A stretch of 64,000 bases of DNA, taken from positions 5,956-69,955 of the forward strand of contig JBBAQV010000001.1 in the NCBI GenBank assembly GCA_040400125.1, read 5' to 3'. This DNA comes from Burkholderiaceae bacterium. GTDB lineage: Bacteria; Pseudomonadota; Gammaproteobacteria; Burkholderiales; Burkholderiaceae_A. The first letter of the stretch is position 1. Every line of letters begins with the position of its first letter. Below the pieces are notes generated by a model. That model saw only the letters and a list, made by a program, of their open reading frames with translations. It was not told the DNA's origin and did no database searches. Both the position numbers and the translations under genes were made by a program. This document shows, piece after piece, positions 55,639 through 64,000 of the stretch.

Positions 55639-55660
55639 TCAGCATTTAAGGAGAAAGACT

Positions 55661-56425
55661 ATGGGAACAGGTGCAATTACCGGATACATCGATGTCGCAC
55701 AGATCGTGCTTTACATCTTTTGGATCTTCTTTTTTGGTCTGATTGTTTACCTCGTGCAAGAGGGCAAACGTGAGGGCTTCCCTCTGGCCAGTGATCGACG
55801 CGATTACGAAGTCATCCAGGGATGGCCACCCATCCCCAAACCCAAGACCTATCGCATGGCCGACGGCTCGGAGTTCACCGCGCCCCATCGCCGTGACCTG
55901 GATGCTCCTCCGCTGGCGGCGAAGCGCTTTGGCAACTATCCTGGGTCACCCATCGAGCCCACGGGCAACCCCATGCTGGACGGCATCGGGCCCGGTGCAT
56001 GGACCGCTCGGTCCGACCATCCCGATCACATGCTTGATGGCTCGGTCAAGATTCAGCCGCTTCGCAGCGCAACGGGCTACAGCGTTTCTGTGAATGATGT
56101 GAACCCGATCGGTCTGAACGTGGTTGGTTTTGACGACATGGTTGGCGGTAAGGTTGTTGACCTCTGGGTGGATCAGGCGGAAATGCTCTTTCGTTACCTT
56201 GAGGTTGAAGTTCAGGGCGGCAAGCGTGTTCTGGTCCCCATGCCTTTTGCTCGTGTGACCAAAGACGCGGTGAAGGTCCACGCCATCCTCGGTTCACAGT
56301 TTGCCGATGTGCCCACCACCAAGCATGCTGATCAGGTCACCCTGTTGGAAGAGGACAAGATCGCGGGCTACTACGGTGGCGGTCGTCTCTATGCAACTCC
56401 TGATCGTCAGGAACCTCTCCTATGA
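55661..56425 (+). CDS. puhA: Reaction centre H subunit
   Basis: MGTGAITGYIDVAQIVLYIFW, EGKREGFPL, PTGNPMLDGIGPG, VTLLEEDKIAGYYGGG; SD AAGGAG. Confidence 0.98.
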   Translation: MGTGAITGYIDVAQIVLYIFWIFFFGLIVYLVQEGKREGFPLASDRRDYEVIQGWPPIPKPKTYRMADGSEFTAPHRRDLDAPPLAAKRFGNYPGSPIEPTGNPMLDGIGPGAWTARSDHPDHMLDGSVKIQPLRSATGYSVSVNDVNPIGLNVVGFDDMVGGKVVDLWVDQAEMLFRYLEVEVQGGKRVLVPMPFARVTKDAVKVHAILGSQFADVPTTKHADQVTLLEEDKIAGYYGGGRLYATPDRQEPLL

Positions 56426-57144
56426 GAGCAGACCTCAGCCACAGTCACGGCCATGAGTTCGAGCATGAGTTCGAGCCACAGCTGGGACTGCCTGAAACGC
56501 TTCCGGCCAGCGAAAAGATTCTCTGGCAGGGGGCACCGAGCTGGAAATCCGTGGCCCGGGACGTCTTTCACCTTCGCAAGCTGGCGGTCTACTTTGCGGC
56601 CATGATTGCCCTGCGGGTGTTCTTTGTCATGACCGACCCTTCGGTGACCGACCCTGGACGGGCGGCCCTGGCCTCGGTGGCTTGGCTTGGCGGCATTGCT
56701 GCCTTCGCCATGGCTGTGCTGGCGATGATGGCCTATGTGGTGGGCCGCACCACGCTCTACACCATCACCACCAAGCGCGTGGTGATGCGTATTGGAATGG
56801 TGCTCTCGCTCACCTACAACCTGCCATTTCGAACCATTGCGCAGGCGGCGGTTCGTCAGGGGGCAGGCACCACGGGCGACATTGCACTCACCCTGGCCAC
56901 TGCCGATAAGATTGCTTACCTTCATCTCTGGCCTCATGCCAAACCTTGGCATTACGCCAAGCCGCAGCCCATGCTTCGATGCCTGCGTCAGGTTGATGAG
57001 GTGGCCGCTGTCTTGAAGGACGCCTGGCTTGCTCAGCAGTCAAAAGATTCGTCCAAGTTGTCTGCACCCGTCTCGGCGCCTTCCTCTGGAACGCCGTCGG
57101 AATCAAGTTCGGCTGCTGGCCATTCTGGAATGCAGGCAGCCTGA
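56422..57144 (+). CDS. puhB: Photosynthetic complex assembly protein PuhB
   Basis: EFEPQLGLPETLP..E.ILWQG.P.W, YTITTKRVVMRIG, LWPHAKPW...PQPMLR. Confidence 0.95.
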   Translation: MRADLSHSHGHEFEHEFEPQLGLPETLPASEKILWQGAPSWKSVARDVFHLRKLAVYFAAMIALRVFFVMTDPSVTDPGRAALASVAWLGGIAAFAMAVLAMMAYVVGRTTLYTITTKRVVMRIGMVLSLTYNLPFRTIAQAAVRQGAGTTGDIALTLATADKIAYLHLWPHAKPWHYAKPQPMLRCLRQVDEVAAVLKDAWLAQQSKDSSKLSAPVSAPSSGTPSESSSAAGHSGMQAA

Positions 57145-57596
57145 TGAATACGATGAAGTCGCCCGGATCACTCTGGCCCGCAGCCCTTGTGGTGCTGGCT
57201 TTGGGTGTTTTGGTGGCTTCGGTTGCCCAGATCCGTTCGTCCGGGGTGTCGATTCGAGCACCGGACCCGGCCACCTTGGTCATGCGCGAGCTTCGATTCG
57301 AAGACCAGCCCGACGGCAGTGTGCGGGTGATTGATCATCGGTCCAATCAGGTGATTGATGCCATCACCGGTGAGGCTGGGTTTGCTCGAGGCGTTCTCCG
57401 TGGCTTTGCGCGGGATCGTCGCGCACATGGGGTTGGCGCTGAGCTTCCGCTTGAGCTGCACGGCCGAGTGGACGGAAGACTCACTCTGTTGGATCGCTCT
57501 ACCGGGCGCATTGTTGATCTGGAGTCCTTCGGACGCGCCAATTCCGCGGTGTTTGGACGGATGTTGCCCGCCGCCGCCTCCACAAGGCTTAACTAA
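57144..57596 (+). CDS. puhC: Photosynthetic complex assembly protein PuhC
   Basis: LRFEDQPDG, GFARGVLRG..R.R, DGRLTL.D..TGR.VDLESFG..N. Confidence 0.95.
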   Translation: MNTMKSPGSLWPAALVVLALGVLVASVAQIRSSGVSIRAPDPATLVMRELRFEDQPDGSVRVIDHRSNQVIDAITGEAGFARGVLRGFARDRRAHGVGAELPLELHGRVDGRLTLLDRSTGRIVDLESFGRANSAVFGRMLPAAASTRLN

Positions 57597-57597
57597 T

Positions 57598-57912
57598 ATG
57601 AAAACGACCACACCCTGCACGGTTGAAATCGCCCACACCTCTTACGATTTCTACGCCCATGTTGAACTTGAAGACAACTCCATCGAGCCGGGTGACCAGG
57701 TTCTGGTGCACAACGCGCCGACCGTCATTGGCTATGGCCAGCACATCAAGGTCGACCGTAAGGCCACCATTTCGCGCGCCAGCTGGCTGTCCAAGCTCTG
57801 GACAAAATTCATTGCCCGATTCGAGCTGACCGCGCTCTATGAGGTGAGTTTTTCACCCACACGATTCACCAAGAACAAACGTTATCCACGTCCCGCGCGA
57901 CGTTCAAGTTAA
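57598..57912 (+). CDS. Conserved PGC hypothetical protein between puhC and acsF
   Basis: ATG 57598; PCTVEI.HT...YAHVEL...I.PGD.VLV...P and [10 protein letters not shown], as I recall from other puhC-orf-acsF loci. Confidence 0.85.
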   Translation: MKTTTPCTVEIAHTSYDFYAHVELEDNSIEPGDQVLVHNAPTVIGYGQHIKVDRKATISRASWLSKLWTKFIARFELTALYEVSFSPTRFTKNKRYPRPARRSS

Positions 57913-57926
57913 AGAAGGGGATCACC

Positions 57927-59006
57927 ATGAACACCATTGCACAGCCACTGCCTCGCGCCATCGACACCAATGAGGCCACGGAACGGGCGCTTGAAAGCAC
58001 CATTCTCAACCCCCGTTTTTACACCACTGATTTCGACGCCATCGACCGGTTTGATGTTGCGTCCATTCGTCCCCAGTGGGACGCCCTCATGGCTGAGTTC
58101 GCTGCCGACAAAAACAAGGAGCATTTCCAGCGCCCGGAAGCAACGATGAATCAAGATTACTCGCATCTTCCGGAAGGTCTTTATCAGGAATTCGTCGACT
58201 TCCTTATCAGCTCGGTGACCAGCGAATTTTCAGGCTGTGTCCTTTATGCGGAAATCAAGCGCCGCATCAAAAACGAAGACATGCGCGACCTGTTTGGCTA
58301 CATGGCTCGGGATGAGAGCCGACATGCAGGCTTTATCAATCAGTGGCTGAAAGACTTTGGCATTGGCGTTGACCTGGGGTTTCTGGCCAAAACCAAAAAG
58401 TACACCTACTTCCGCCCCAAGTTTATTTATTACGCCACCTATCTCTCTGAGAAAATTGGCTATGCCCGCTACATCACCATCTATCGCCAAATAGAAAAGC
58501 ATCCGGAATTCAAATTTCACCCCATCTTTGGCTGGTTCGAGGAATGGTGCAACGATGAGTTTCGTCATGGCGAGGCTTTTGCCCTGCTCATGCGTGCCGA
58601 CCCCAAGCTTTTAAAAGGTGTGAACCTGCTCTGGATTCGCTTCTTTCAGCTTGCGGTCTACGCCACCATGTTTGTGCGTGACCATGCTCGACCCGAGTTC
58701 CATCACGCGCTTGGCGTGGATCCAACCGACTATGACTTTCAGGTGTTCCGCACCACCACCGAGATCTCCAAGCAGGTCTTTCCAGTGACGCTGAATCTCG
58801 ATGATCCTCGCCTGCTGGAGGGCTTTCAGAAGCTGCTTGAAATTTCTGGGCGTGTGGCGGATGCTCGAGAGCAGGGCGGTGTGGTTGGGCTTGCCAAGCG
58901 TGCCTGGCATGGATTGCATGCGGTGGGCGTTTTTGCTCGTCTTTACATGCTTCCGGCCAAGTACAACGAACTTCCCAAAGATGTTCGCCTGGCGCCAACC
59001 TGGTGA
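57927..59006 (+). CDS. acsF: Aerobic Mg-protoporphyrin IX monomethyl ester oxidative cyclase
   Basis: [42 protein letters not shown] di-iron motifs. Confidence 0.98.
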   Translation: MNTIAQPLPRAIDTNEATERALESTILNPRFYTTDFDAIDRFDVASIRPQWDALMAEFAADKNKEHFQRPEATMNQDYSHLPEGLYQEFVDFLISSVTSEFSGCVLYAEIKRRIKNEDMRDLFGYMARDESRHAGFINQWLKDFGIGVDLGFLAKTKKYTYFRPKFIYYATYLSEKIGYARYITIYRQIEKHPEFKFHPIFGWFEEWCNDEFRHGEAFALLMRADPKLLKGVNLLWIRFFQLAVYATMFVRDHARPEFHHALGVDPTDYDFQVFRTTTEISKQVFPVTLNLDDPRLLEGFQKLLEISGRVADAREQGGVVGLAKRAWHGLHAVGVFARLYMLPAKYNELPKDVRLAPTW

Positions 59007-59063
59007 GCATTGCGGAATGACTTTGAGCGGCTTGTTGATGCATGAATCTTTTGTGAGCCTTCG

Positions 59064-59822
59064 GTGATCCTAGCCGCTCTCTACACGGTTTTTCTTTGGT
59101 GGTTTAGCACCGGAGTCATCCTCTATTTGAATGGCCTGCCGCGCCACACCTTTAAATGGACCATGCTTGGTGCCACGGTGGTGTTGGTGGCAGCGCTTTA
59201 CGCGCTTCGGCTGACCAGTCAGGTGGATGAAGTCTGGGCCGCCTACTGCGCGTTTACGTCGGCGGTCTTGGTCTGGGCTTGGCAGGAGATTGGCTTTCTT
59301 CTGGGGTATGTCACAGGAACTCGCCGCACCGACTGCCCTGAAGAGGCCAAAGGCTGGAAGAAATTTGGATTCGCAGCCGAAACTGTTCTTCATCACGAGC
59401 TTGCCCTGGTGGTCTTGGGTGCCGCAGTCTGGGCGATGACTCACGATGGCGTTAATCAGGTGGGGCTCTGGACGTATCTGGTGCTCTGGGCAATGCGGCA
59501 GAGCGCCAAGCTGAATGTTTATTTTGGCGTGCGCAATCTCAATGAGAGTTTCCTTCCCAGTCATTTGAAATATCTGCAGACCTATTTCACCCGGCGGGCG
59601 ATGAATTTCTTTTTGCCCATCTCGGTGGTTGCGGCCTTAATTGTTGCCGTTCCTATGTGGCAGGCGGTGAGTCTGGCCACCTGGGGAAGCCCGGAGGCCG
59701 TGCGGCTGGTTCTGGTGGCCACCTTATTGTCACTCGCCATCCTTGAGCATTTCTTCTTGGTGATTCCCTTGCCCTTTGAAGCACTCTGGCGCTGGGGTCT
59801 GCGCTCCCGAACCGCGACTTAA
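59064..59822 (+). CDS. puhE: PuhE (DUF3623) membrane protein
   Basis: FLWWFSTGVIL, FLLGYVTG, HEL, R.SAKLN..FGV.N...FLP.HL, LEH.FLV.P. Confidence 0.93.
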   Translation: MILAALYTVFLWWFSTGVILYLNGLPRHTFKWTMLGATVVLVAALYALRLTSQVDEVWAAYCAFTSAVLVWAWQEIGFLLGYVTGTRRTDCPEEAKGWKKFGFAAETVLHHELALVVLGAAVWAMTHDGVNQVGLWTYLVLWAMRQSAKLNVYFGVRNLNESFLPSHLKYLQTYFTRRAMNFFLPISVVAALIVAVPMWQAVSLATWGSPEAVRLVLVATLLSLAILEHFFLVIPLPFEALWRWGLRSRTAT

Positions 59823-59877
59823 GGCTGATCGATATCCGCCGCATCGGCTCGGAAACCAGTCGAAGAGCGACATCCTT

Positions 59878-61305
59878 CTAACAGGGAAAGAGCTGACCTC
59901 GGTGGGGAATGATTGGGGCCTTCCACCCCAGTTCGGACTGAAGCACGACCGCGAAATTTTCGCTCGCCGTGCGTTCGCCGTGGGTAATGAATACCTTCGA
60001 AGGCTCGTGCTCAAACCCCTGGCACCACCAGAGTAGATCACTCTGATCCCCGTGAGCCGACAGCCCTCCCACCGTATGGATCGACGCCTTCACGGGAACC
60101 TCCTGACCAAGCAGACGCAATGTCTTTTGGCCGTCCACCAGCAGACGGCCGCGCGTTCCAGCAGCCTGAAAACCCGCAATCACCACCGCCGATTGTGGAC
60201 GTGGCAGGTTCCAAAAAAGATGATGAATAATCCGACCGGCCTCGCACATGCCGCTGGCCGAGAGAATCACCGCGCCTGCCTTAATCTGGTTCAGGGCCTT
60301 CGATTCGTTGACGTCGGCGGTGAAGCGCACCCGGGCCGCGTTGGGGTGGGCGGCCAGCCAGTGATAAAGCGACTGGGTCCGCTCATTGAGCAGGCGAAGA
60401 TTCTTTTCGGTGATCTTCGAGGCCTGGGTGGCCATGGGGGAATCCACGAAGATGGATAGGAAGGGAAGCCGCTGCTTCTGAATCAGGTCAATCAGGATGG
60501 CGATAATCTCTTGGGTGCGGCCCACGGCAAACGCGGGAATGATCACATTACCGCCCTGTGCGATGGTCCGCTGAATAATGTCGACCAGCTCGTCTTCGGT
60601 GCTCTGCAGCGAGCGATGCAGGCGGTCGCCATAGGTCGATTCAATCACCAAGACATCCGCATCGGGAAGTCGTTCGGGATTATTCATCAGAGGCCGATCA
60701 CGGGTGCCGATGTCTCCGGTGAAGACCAGACGCTTGGGGCCGCTCTCGGCGGGAGCCTCGTCATCGGCAAGATGAATTCTGGCGATCGCCGCGCCAAGAA
60801 TGTGCCCGGCGTCGAAGAACTCCAGATCCACGCCGTCACATATCGAGTGGCGTTGATGCAACGAAATGGGCCTGCACTGCGAGAGACACTGCTCAACGTC
60901 GAGGCTTGAGTAAAGCGGCTCAGGCAAAGGGCCGCGCCACTTGCCCTTGGCCTGACGGTCCACTGCCCGCTCCAGCTCCTGGCCCTGAATGTGGGCACTG
61001 TCCATGAGCAAGACCTGGAGCAAACTCAGGGTGGCCGGGGTGCAGAAAATGGGGCCGCGAAAACCTTTGGCACACAGACGCGGAAGCATCCCGCTGTGGT
61101 CGATGTGTGCATGGGTCAGCACCACCCAGTCAAGCTCGCTCGGCGGGACCTTGAATGATTCAAGATTCTTGTCATCGGCGTCGCGTCCGCCTTGGAACAT
61201 CCCGCAGTCCACCAAGAACTGCAGCGGTCGGCCTTGCACTGTGGCCACAACCCGATACCGCGATCCGGTGACTTCGCTTGCGGCGCCTTCAAATGAGATG
61301 TGCAT
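59878..61305 (-). CDS. MBL-fold beta-CASP RNA-processing hydrolase
   Basis: VTGS, DCGMFQG, THAHIDHSG, AGHILG, ESTYG, SAHGD, THGE. Confidence 0.93.
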   Translation of the reverse strand: MHISFEGAASEVTGSRYRVVATVQGRPLQFLVDCGMFQGGRDADDKNLESFKVPPSELDWVVLTHAHIDHSGMLPRLCAKGFRGPIFCTPATLSLLQVLLMDSAHIQGQELERAVDRQAKGKWRGPLPEPLYSSLDVEQCLSQCRPISLHQRHSICDGVDLEFFDAGHILGAAIARIHLADDEAPAESGPKRLVFTGDIGTRDRPLMNNPERLPDADVLVIESTYGDRLHRSLQSTEDELVDIIQRTIAQGGNVIIPAFAVGRTQEIIAILIDLIQKQRLPFLSIFVDSPMATQASKITEKNLRLLNERTQSLYHWLAAHPNAARVRFTADVNESKALNQIKAGAVILSASGMCEAGRIIHHLFWNLPRPQSAVVIAGFQAAGTRGRLLVDGQKTLRLLGQEVPVKASIHTVGGLSAHGDQSDLLWWCQGFEHEPSKVFITHGERTASENFAVVLQSELGWKAPIIPHRGQLFPC

Positions 61306-61403
61306 GAGTGGCCAGGACCTTGTTCAGTTTCATGATTCAAGACGACCGATGATCGTTTCCCCGTTATAGTAAGTCTTCTCGTCATCCACATGCGAATGGC
61401 ACG

Positions 61404-62273
61404 ATGAAAGATATCGTTGAACGTCTGTTGGTTGCCCAGATTGGGTCGGAACTGCCTGCCTGGGCCAAGGTCCTGGTGTCGCTCACCAATGTCATTCTGA
61501 TTCTTCTGGCCGCCTGGCTTTTATTGCATTTCTCGGCTCGGCTTTTGCGAACGCTGAATCGTCGAATCACCCAAAACAATACCGATGCCGAAGAGCGCAA
61601 GCGTGTCGAGACACTCATGCGGGTTTTTCGCTACATCGCCACGGTCGTGATTGCGGCGGTGGCCATCATGCTGGTGCTCTCTGAAATTGGCATCTCCATT
61701 GCCCCAATTCTGGCGACGGCGGGTGTGGCGGGTCTCGCGGTCGGCTTCGGCGCTCAGAGTCTGGTCAAAGACTATTTCACCGGCTTTGTCATGCTCCTGG
61801 AAAATCAGGTTCGGGTGGGGGATATCGTCGAGGTGGGTGGGAAGTCCGGAACCGTCGAGGAGGTCACCCTGCGTTACGTGCGTCTAAGGGATCTGCAGGG
61901 CGCGGTGCACTTTGTTCCCAATGGCGTCATTGCGACGGTGACCAATCAAAGCCGCGATTTTTCATTCGCCATGTTCGATGTCAGTATTGGATACCGCGAG
62001 CCCATTGATCGCGTTGAGCAGGTGATTCGTTCGGTGGGCGCGTCTCTTCAGGCCGATGCCACCCTGGGCCCGTTAATTCTTGAACCCGTTCAGATCCTTG
62101 GCGTGGATCAGTGGGCCGACTCCGCCGTGATCCTACGTTGCCGAATGAAGGTGGTGCCGGCGGAGCAGGGCACTATTCGTCGAGCGTTTTTGGGCAGGTT
62201 AAAAACCGCCTTCGATGAACACGGAATTGAAATTCCCTTTCCTTCCCGAACGGTCTATTCCCGCAGCGAATAG
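61404..62273 (+). CDS. Small-conductance mechanosensitive channel (MscS/YbiO-like)
   Basis: GLAVGFGAQSLVKD, ENQVRVGD, VPNG, GIEIPFP. Confidence 0.93.
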   Translation: MKDIVERLLVAQIGSELPAWAKVLVSLTNVILILLAAWLLLHFSARLLRTLNRRITQNNTDAEERKRVETLMRVFRYIATVVIAAVAIMLVLSEIGISIAPILATAGVAGLAVGFGAQSLVKDYFTGFVMLLENQVRVGDIVEVGGKSGTVEEVTLRYVRLRDLQGAVHFVPNGVIATVTNQSRDFSFAMFDVSIGYREPIDRVEQVIRSVGASLQADATLGPLILEPVQILGVDQWADSAVILRCRMKVVPAEQGTIRRAFLGRLKTAFDEHGIEIPFPSRTVYSRSE

Positions 62274-62338
62274 TTCTTCGTGCATGCCCTGCTGCAGCAC
62301 GCACGAAGGCATCATGCGGGGCTGAATTCAGAAGGTAT

Positions 62339-62692
62339 TCAGAGCACCCAGGCGAAGATCATCATCAAAGAGGTTCCTGCCATCAGAGCGGGAACAAGGC
62401 CGTTGGTCATCTTGAGCATGATGACCAAGGCGACTCCCGTTGCGGTTAGCCTTGCGGCCAGTGGCATTTCAGCCAGCAGGCCCACAGGCAGAACAATGAT
62501 GCGAATCACCAATGCAGCCACCATGGCATAGGTCACACAGGTGATCCAGCGAAAGAGTGGTGAATCTTGGGTCAGCTTTTCAGAGAGTGCGACACCAAGG
62601 CCCCGCCAAAGGTAGGTACCCAGCACGGCCAGCCCCAGGATGGACCACATCCATAGGCTGGAGTTTTTTGAGAGGTTGAGCATGGACTCCAT
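62339..62692 (-). CDS. AzlD-like branched-chain amino acid exporter, small subunit
   Basis: Hydrophobic, GTYLWRGLGV motif, downstream of the AzlC-like gene. Start could be 62692 or 62683. Confidence 0.75.
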   Translation of the reverse strand: MESMLNLSKNSSLWMWSILGLAVLGTYLWRGLGVALSEKLTQDSPLFRWITCVTYAMVAALVIRIIVLPVGLLAEMPLAARLTATGVALVIMLKMTNGLVPALMAGTSLMMIFAWVL

Positions 62693-62696
62693 CGGG

Positions 62697-63413
62697 TTAG
62701 CCTCGCTTTTTCAGGCTCTCGTCAATCACGAAGGCGGCCGTGCCACCGACGAGCCCGCAGATCAGGATGCTCCATGCGGGAGAGAACTGGTAAACGATGG
62801 GCCCGGAGATGCCGCCAATCAAGAGTGCCAGTCGACTGCCCTGGGCTTTCACCTCGGTGAAGTTCAAGAAAAAGAAGAGTGGATTGAGCATGACCAATCC
62901 GATGGTGACGGGCGTTGGAACATATCCCGCCAAGACAAAACCCAACACCGTCCCTGGCAGACCCGACGACCAACAGGTCAAACCAAATCCTGTGAAGTAA
63001 GCGTTGCGTCGTTCGGGTGCGATCTTCGAGAAGTCACGCATCATCACCGCCCAGCTTGTCATCGAAATGAAATGGGCAGTGGCATACAGTGATTTTGTTC
63101 GATCGGGCTTTGGAATCTGCGGCACCAGGGTCAGCGTCATGGGCAAAAATCGCGCGGCTGTCAGCGCCGTGGCCATGGCAATGGCAAGCCCCGAGGCCCC
63201 CAGTGCAATCATCTCCACGAAGACCACCTGGCCAGGAAGGGCGTACATCAAAAGGCTGGTGGCCGTGGTGACTTCAAGGGAGAGGCCGCTGGCGTGGCCC
63301 AGCGCGCCAAAACCAATCATGCCCGCCAAGAGCACCGCCGCGGGTACGCCGAAGGCGTCGCGACAGCCCGAAACAAAGGCGTCTCGGTTGGTTTGATACT
63401 GATGGATCAACAT
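62697..63413 (-). CDS. AzlC-like permease
   Basis: GFGAL...SG, YALPGQ, ARFLPM, G.TCW....GTVLG. Confidence 0.82.
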   Translation of the reverse strand: MLIHQYQTNRDAFVSGCRDAFGVPAAVLLAGMIGFGALGHASGLSLEVTTATSLLMYALPGQVVFVEMIALGASGLAIAMATALTAARFLPMTLTLVPQIPKPDRTKSLYATAHFISMTSWAVMMRDFSKIAPERRNAYFTGFGLTCWSSGLPGTVLGFVLAGYVPTPVTIGLVMLNPLFFFLNFTEVKAQGSRLALLIGGISGPIVYQFSPAWSILICGLVGGTAAFVIDESLKKRG

Positions 63414-63460
63414 GCAGACTATTGTATGAGGTCGTTGAGGGAATGACCGATAATGGCACC

Positions 63461-64000
63461 ATGCGCCTGTTTTCATCGCTTTATACCCGCGTCATGGTGT
63501 GGTCACGCCATCCGAAAGCCCCGTGGTTTTTGGGCGGCATCAGCTTTGCCGAGTCATCGTTTTTTCCGATCCCACCCGACGTCATGTTGGCACCGATGAG
63601 TCTTGCCCGACCGGATCGAGCCTGGTGGTTCGCCACCATCACCACGATCACTTCGGTGGCGGGTGGGCTTTTCGGTTACTGGATCGGCGCATCTTTTTTT
63701 CAATGGGTTGAACCCTGGCTGCAGGCCAGCCGTTACTGGGAATCATTCGAGCTGGCCAAAACCTGGTTTGTTGACTACGGCTTTTGGGCGGTGTTCATCG
63801 CGGGCTTTTCGCCCATTCCATACAAGATGTTCACCATGGCTGCGGGCGTGATGTCCATGGCGATCTTGCCGTTCACCTTGGCATCCCTGATTGGTCGAGG
63901 CGCGCGTTTCTTTTTGGTGGCGGGCCTGATGAAGTGGGGCGGCGCCAGAATGGAAGATGCCCTTCAAGACTGGGTGGATCGCCTTGGCTGGGCGATGGTG
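63461..64000 (+). CDS. DedA/YqaA family membrane protein, truncated by the window end
   Basis: Hand translation MRLFSSLYTRVMVWSRHPKAPWFLGGISFAESSFFPIPPDVML...GFSPIPYK...GRGARFF; no stop before 64000. Confidence 0.9.
   Translation, partial: MRLFSSLYTRVMVWSRHPKAPWFLGGISFAESSFFPIPPDVMLAPMSLARPDRAWWFATITTITSVAGGLFGYWIGASFFQWVEPWLQASRYWESFELAKTWFVDYGFWAVFIAGFSPIPYKMFTMAAGVMSMAILPFTLASLIGRGARFFLVAGLMKWGGARMEDALQDWVDRLGWAMV

Noticed and set aside
59878-61305. Metallo-beta-lactamase resistance gene or anti-phage nuclease
   Set aside because: It has beta-CASP RNA-processing motifs, no signal peptide and a housekeeping context.
62276-62308. Hairpin between the convergent mscS and azlD-like genes
   Set aside because: A single imperfect stem without a U-tract and with no second copy noticed; too weak to call a REP or terminator.

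Overview
Most of this window (about 3.9-59.8 kb) is a near-complete photosynthesis gene cluster (PGC) of the purple-bacterial type. It encodes a type II reaction centre, bacteriochlorophyll a synthesis and a tetraheme PufC. The host is most likely a betaproteobacterium (Burkholderiales-like), and the flanks look like core genome (ltnD, queC, bcp on the left; beta-CASP nuclease, mscS, azlCD, dedA on the right). Present: bchID, bchO, crtEF-bchCXYZ-pufB-(pufQ-like)-pufALMC, hemN, tspO, bchG-pucC-like-bchP, crtIB, ppaA-ppsR-crtADC, and bchFNBHLM-lhaA-puhABC-orf-acsF-puhE. acsF is present. bchE, bchJ, LH2 puc genes, pufX and carbon-fixation genes are not seen in the window, which fits an aerobic anoxygenic photoheterotroph. 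Unusual points: (1) two non-photosynthetic blocks split the cluster, a liv ABC transporter and a dicarboxylate TAXI-TRAP plus catabolic module; (2) bchO and tspO are each flipped to face their usual operons; (3) a 13-bp tandem repeat runs directly into a perfect FNR box in the hemN promoter; (4) an unannotated 42-codon ORF bridges bchZ and pufB; (5) crtC overlaps crtD by more than 300 nt. No CRISPR array, tRNA, rRNA, transposase or integrase was recognised. All homology calls are by motif recognition and memory; no database searches were run.
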